Shown here in pieces: positions 61,018 through 64,000 of a DNA stretch of 64,000 nt (positions within the stretch are counted from its first letter, which is position 1; each line of letters begins with the position of its first letter). The stretch covers positions 320,001-384,000 of the forward strand of contig OZ252149.1 in the NCBI GenBank assembly GCA_965248755.1. Direction: 5' to 3'. The notes beneath the pieces were generated by a model. It ran no database searches and was not told the DNA's origin. It saw nothing but the letters and a program-made list of their open reading frames with translations. The DNA comes from Candidatus Latescibacterota bacterium. GTDB lineage: Bacteria > Latescibacterota > CBDEFO01. Made by a program: the position numbers and the translations under genes.

Positions 61018-63738
61018 TTACCGTTCGAAATCCACGCGGACTTCCTCCAGCTTCGGTGAACGGCAGCCGTTCAGGTAAACCAGTGTCGCCTTGTACTGCA
61101 GCCATCTGGCATCCCTATCCACTCCATTGATCTGCTCCCCTGACTCTTCATAGAAGCTTCCCTCCCCTGCCGGTCCTTTCCAGTGGACACTTTTAAGTTT
61201 GTCTTGGCTCTCCGCCCAGCGAAGCTGGAACCTGAGCTGCGTCTTTTCAGGCTTCTCCGCCTTCCAGCTCAACATGACGGGCTTGGCGCTTTTCATATTG
61301 TAGGCCGGCGAAAGGTAATTCTCATGTGGCTCGCGGGTATAGGCATTTCCAAAATCCCGCGGAGATGCAAGATGGGGTCCCAGACCCGGCAAACGGGTAA
61401 CCCGGTCAAATGAAATCCCCTCAGGTCCGTTCCAGAAGAGCAGGGAGTCCACCTGGTGTCCGAGATCATTGCGGTGGCAGACCGTAAACAGGTCGAGGTA
61501 GCCATTGCCAGTTATGTCAACAGCCATGAAAGCACACGAGGAATCGCAGGGGATCACCTGGGGATTCTCGAAGTCGAAACTCTTTCCATCACCCCAGAAG
61601 ATGTAGGCTGGCAACTCCCGGGAGAATTTAGTCGAATAAGCCGGGACAAGCAGGTCCAGGTTCCCGTCGTTGTTGAGGTCCGCAACAGACACCAGGATGC
61701 TTGAAGCGTCTGTGGGATGGAATTCGATTCTATCCTGGGAATAACCATCAGGGCCGCCGAAAAGGATGTAGAATCCGCTGTCGTCGCGGGTGTAGTGGCC
61801 CATGACTACCGCGATCAAGTCCATCCAGCCATTCCCGTTCAGGTCGGCGCAGGTGATGGCAGCCACACCGCCTGCACCGGATCCTTCGAGGGGGACCTTC
61901 CACATTCTCTTTTCAGAGTATCCATCCGGACCTCCAAGGTACATTGACAGATATCCTCGTTTGTTATAGACGATGATGTCGAGCCAGCCGTCTTTGTTGA
62001 CGTCGGCGAGCTGAGCGTTTCCGCCGCAATATGTCGGCAGTACGGTCGAACGGTCCGGGGAAAACCCGGAAGGCGAGCCGTAGAAGATCACCGAAGAGTT
62101 TGCCATGGTCTCGGGCTTGTCGTCGTAGGTGTAGGCGACTGCAAGCAGGTCCAGCCAGCCGTCGCGGTTGAAGTCGCCTACCAGCACGTAGTGAATCTTC
62201 TGCGCCCGGCAGGGCAGGATGGAGTACCTGTCCGGCAGCAGTCCGTCGGGGCCGCCGTGAAATACCCGGAGGCCTTCCGGGGACGTAAACGCTAGATCAG
62301 GATAGCCGTCAAGATCCAGATCCGCCAATGCATAGGTGTTGGCTTCCCCTCCTGTTGGAAGCTCCAGCCTCCGGGAAGCGTCGTACTCGCATTGCTCGTT
62401 ACCGAGATAGACGTAGACAGGAAAATCGGGATCGAACTGGGACGGGCCGCGAAGTGTATTGTTGAAAATGATCTCTGGTCTACCATCGCCGTCCAAGTCT
62501 CCCGCGGTGCATCCCACTGCACCCGCCGTGGAAAGCCAGGTGGCGCGGTCGCACGAGAATCCTTCCGGACCGTTCCAAAAAACAGCCGATTCGGACTCAT
62601 ATGTCTTTCCGTTCTGGTACCTGGACATCAACAAGTCGAGCCGGCCGTCACCGTCGAGGTCAGCGCTCTCCACCCAGCTACAGTACTTCATCGGCAGCAG
62701 GGCCGCCACTTTGTTCAGGTCGTCCTGTGCCCGTATCTCTACTCCTTCCAGCGTGGCGAGGACAAGCTCGTTCCTGCCGTCGCCGTCCACATCGGCTACT
62801 TCCACACGTATTGCGCCCCGGCTGAACATAGTGGTGTTGCCTTCGGCTTCCAGAACCGTAAGGTCGTCGGGCCGAAAGCTGCCTCCCCTGTTCCAGTAGA
62901 TGTAGATACTGTTCCCACCGGTGAAGATGATCTCCTTAGCCCCGTCTCCATCCAGGTCACCCAGAACAACCTGCATCGCATAATGAGAGGGAAGACTGAG
63001 AGGCGAAGTAGTGTCAAAGCCGTCTTCCGTTCCCCAGTAAATAAAAGAGTCGGTATCGTACTCGAATTCCTCGCGGTAGTTGGCCACAACGAGCTCAGGC
63101 CAGCCGTCTCCGTTCAGATCTTCGCAGGCGACCGAGAGGGCCGCGACGCCGAGAAGCCCATAGCGCTCTGATGCATCTTTGAACCTGCGTGGCTCAATCT
63201 GCTGGTACACGTGCATGAGTCGGGGTCTTCCAGCGTTGTGGTGGTCGACCCATGCCGATGGCAAGATGATGTCCAAGCACCCGTTACCCGTGAGGTCAAA
63301 GAGGGCCACATCGTATGCGCCTGCAGTTGGAAGCTCGGTGCGATCTCCGCTCAGCCCGTCAGCGCCGCCCCAGTAAATGTACGAGTCCAGCTCCGATGTA
63401 ACGCCGTTCTCCGCATTCACTACGATCAGGTCGAGGTGCCCGTCGCCGTCGACATCCACGACCCGACTCATCCATCCACTGTCGTTGGGCAACTCAGCCC
63501 TGGGCCAGTCTTGGCCCCCTGCCTGGGTGTAAATCCATGTTGGTCCGCGCTCGATGTAGCCATGAGAGTTGGGGAACACAATGTCCACATAGCCGTCGTT
63601 ATTGACATCGAACCTGTGGATCGTCTCTATGGTTCCCCTGGCGTTCACATAGAGGTTATCTCCCCCATTGTCGAAGAGACCCTTGGAAAACTCCTCAAAG
63701 TCTCTGTGTACCCAGGCAAGCTCTTCAGTGTGCCTCAT
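61018..63738 (-). CDS. FG-GAP/VCBS repeat protein
   Basis: Many DxxxDGxxD repeats (DVNNDGYVD, DLDGDGRLD, DFNRDGWLD). Confidence 0.9.
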   Translation of the reverse strand: MRHTEELAWVHRDFEEFSKGLFDNGGDNLYVNARGTIETIHRFDVNNDGYVDIVFPNSHGYIERGPTWIYTQAGGQDWPRAELPNDSGWMSRVVDVDGDGHLDLIVVNAENGVTSELDSYIYWGGADGLSGDRTELPTAGAYDVALFDLTGNGCLDIILPSAWVDHHNAGRPRLMHVYQQIEPRRFKDASERYGLLGVAALSVACEDLNGDGWPELVVANYREEFEYDTDSFIYWGTEDGFDTTSPLSLPSHYAMQVVLGDLDGDGAKEIIFTGGNSIYIYWNRGGSFRPDDLTVLEAEGNTTMFSRGAIRVEVADVDGDGRNELVLATLEGVEIRAQDDLNKVAALLPMKYCSWVESADLDGDGRLDLLMSRYQNGKTYESESAVFWNGPEGFSCDRATWLSTAGAVGCTAGDLDGDGRPEIIFNNTLRGPSQFDPDFPVYVYLGNEQCEYDASRRLELPTGGEANTYALADLDLDGYPDLAFTSPEGLRVFHGGPDGLLPDRYSILPCRAQKIHYVLVGDFNRDGWLDLLAVAYTYDDKPETMANSSVIFYGSPSGFSPDRSTVLPTYCGGNAQLADVNKDGWLDIIVYNKRGYLSMYLGGPDGYSEKRMWKVPLEGSGAGGVAAITCADLNGNGWMDLIAVVMGHYTRDDSGFYILFGGPDGYSQDRIEFHPTDASSILVSVADLNNDGNLDLLVPAYSTKFSRELPAYIFWGDGKSFDFENPQVIPCDSSCAFMAVDITGNGYLDLFTVCHRNDLGHQVDSLLFWNGPEGISFDRVTRLPGLGPHLASPRDFGNAYTREPHENYLSPAYNMKSAKPVMLSWKAEKPEKTQLRFQLRWAESQDKLKSVHWKGPAGEGSFYEESGEQINGVDRDARWLQYKATLVYLNGCRSPKLEEVRVDFER

Positions 63739-64000
63739 AGTCCCTCCTTATACAACTGCTCCATCCATAGCCAAACTAGACATAACTATCCCAAGATAAG
63801 GTGCTTGATAAATTCTATTCCCATTCCCAGATAAAAGCAGAAAATGATAGAGGAGGTATAGTGACCCCCAGAAAGTCGACATTTATTGAGCACCCTGAGG
63901 CAGCAGATAAAATCTTCTTTACCATTCTTGTGGAGTTCTGCATCCCAGGGACGAATGGAAACGCTTTCTGTTGTAGTCATCGATCCACTGGAATATCCCT

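Overview
Bacterial window, probably from an uncultured lineage such as Latescibacterota/Poribacteria/KSB1 (inferred from FlgD-Ig/T9SS-like and 'xWGRIK' C-terminal fragments). It has three zones. (1) 1-13.9 kb is a decaying carbohydrate island: GH67-like gene, GH141-like and DUF4838 pseudogenes, two BNR sialidase-like genes, IolH-like and TIM-barrel isomerases, and a non-canonical GH32. It contains two families of reused modules (a 5'UTR+signal-peptide block x3 and a sigma70 promoter block x3) and ends at a tyrosine-integrase remnant. (2) 14-47.3 kb is a backbone-like region: sbcCD, duplicated amidohydrolases, MlaD, mce, pduO-type adenosyltransferase, cstA, glcF/glcE, folC, ChrA and DSD1. It also holds a 5 kb insert flanked by pduO repeats (tauD, IS1380 nested in IS1182), an IS256-split phosphonatase next to a phosphonoacetaldehyde-reductase-like gene, and a recurrent 21-bp palindrome. 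(3) 47.4-61 kb is an island bounded by a second integrase remnant. It carries about six integron attC-like sites and an attI-like site but no intI in the window, so it looks like a decaying cassette array with mainly metabolic cargo (SET, PdxA-like, ureohydrolase, SDR, TauD, APH). A large FG-GAP repeat gene follows. All calls come from reading motifs by eye; no searches were run.
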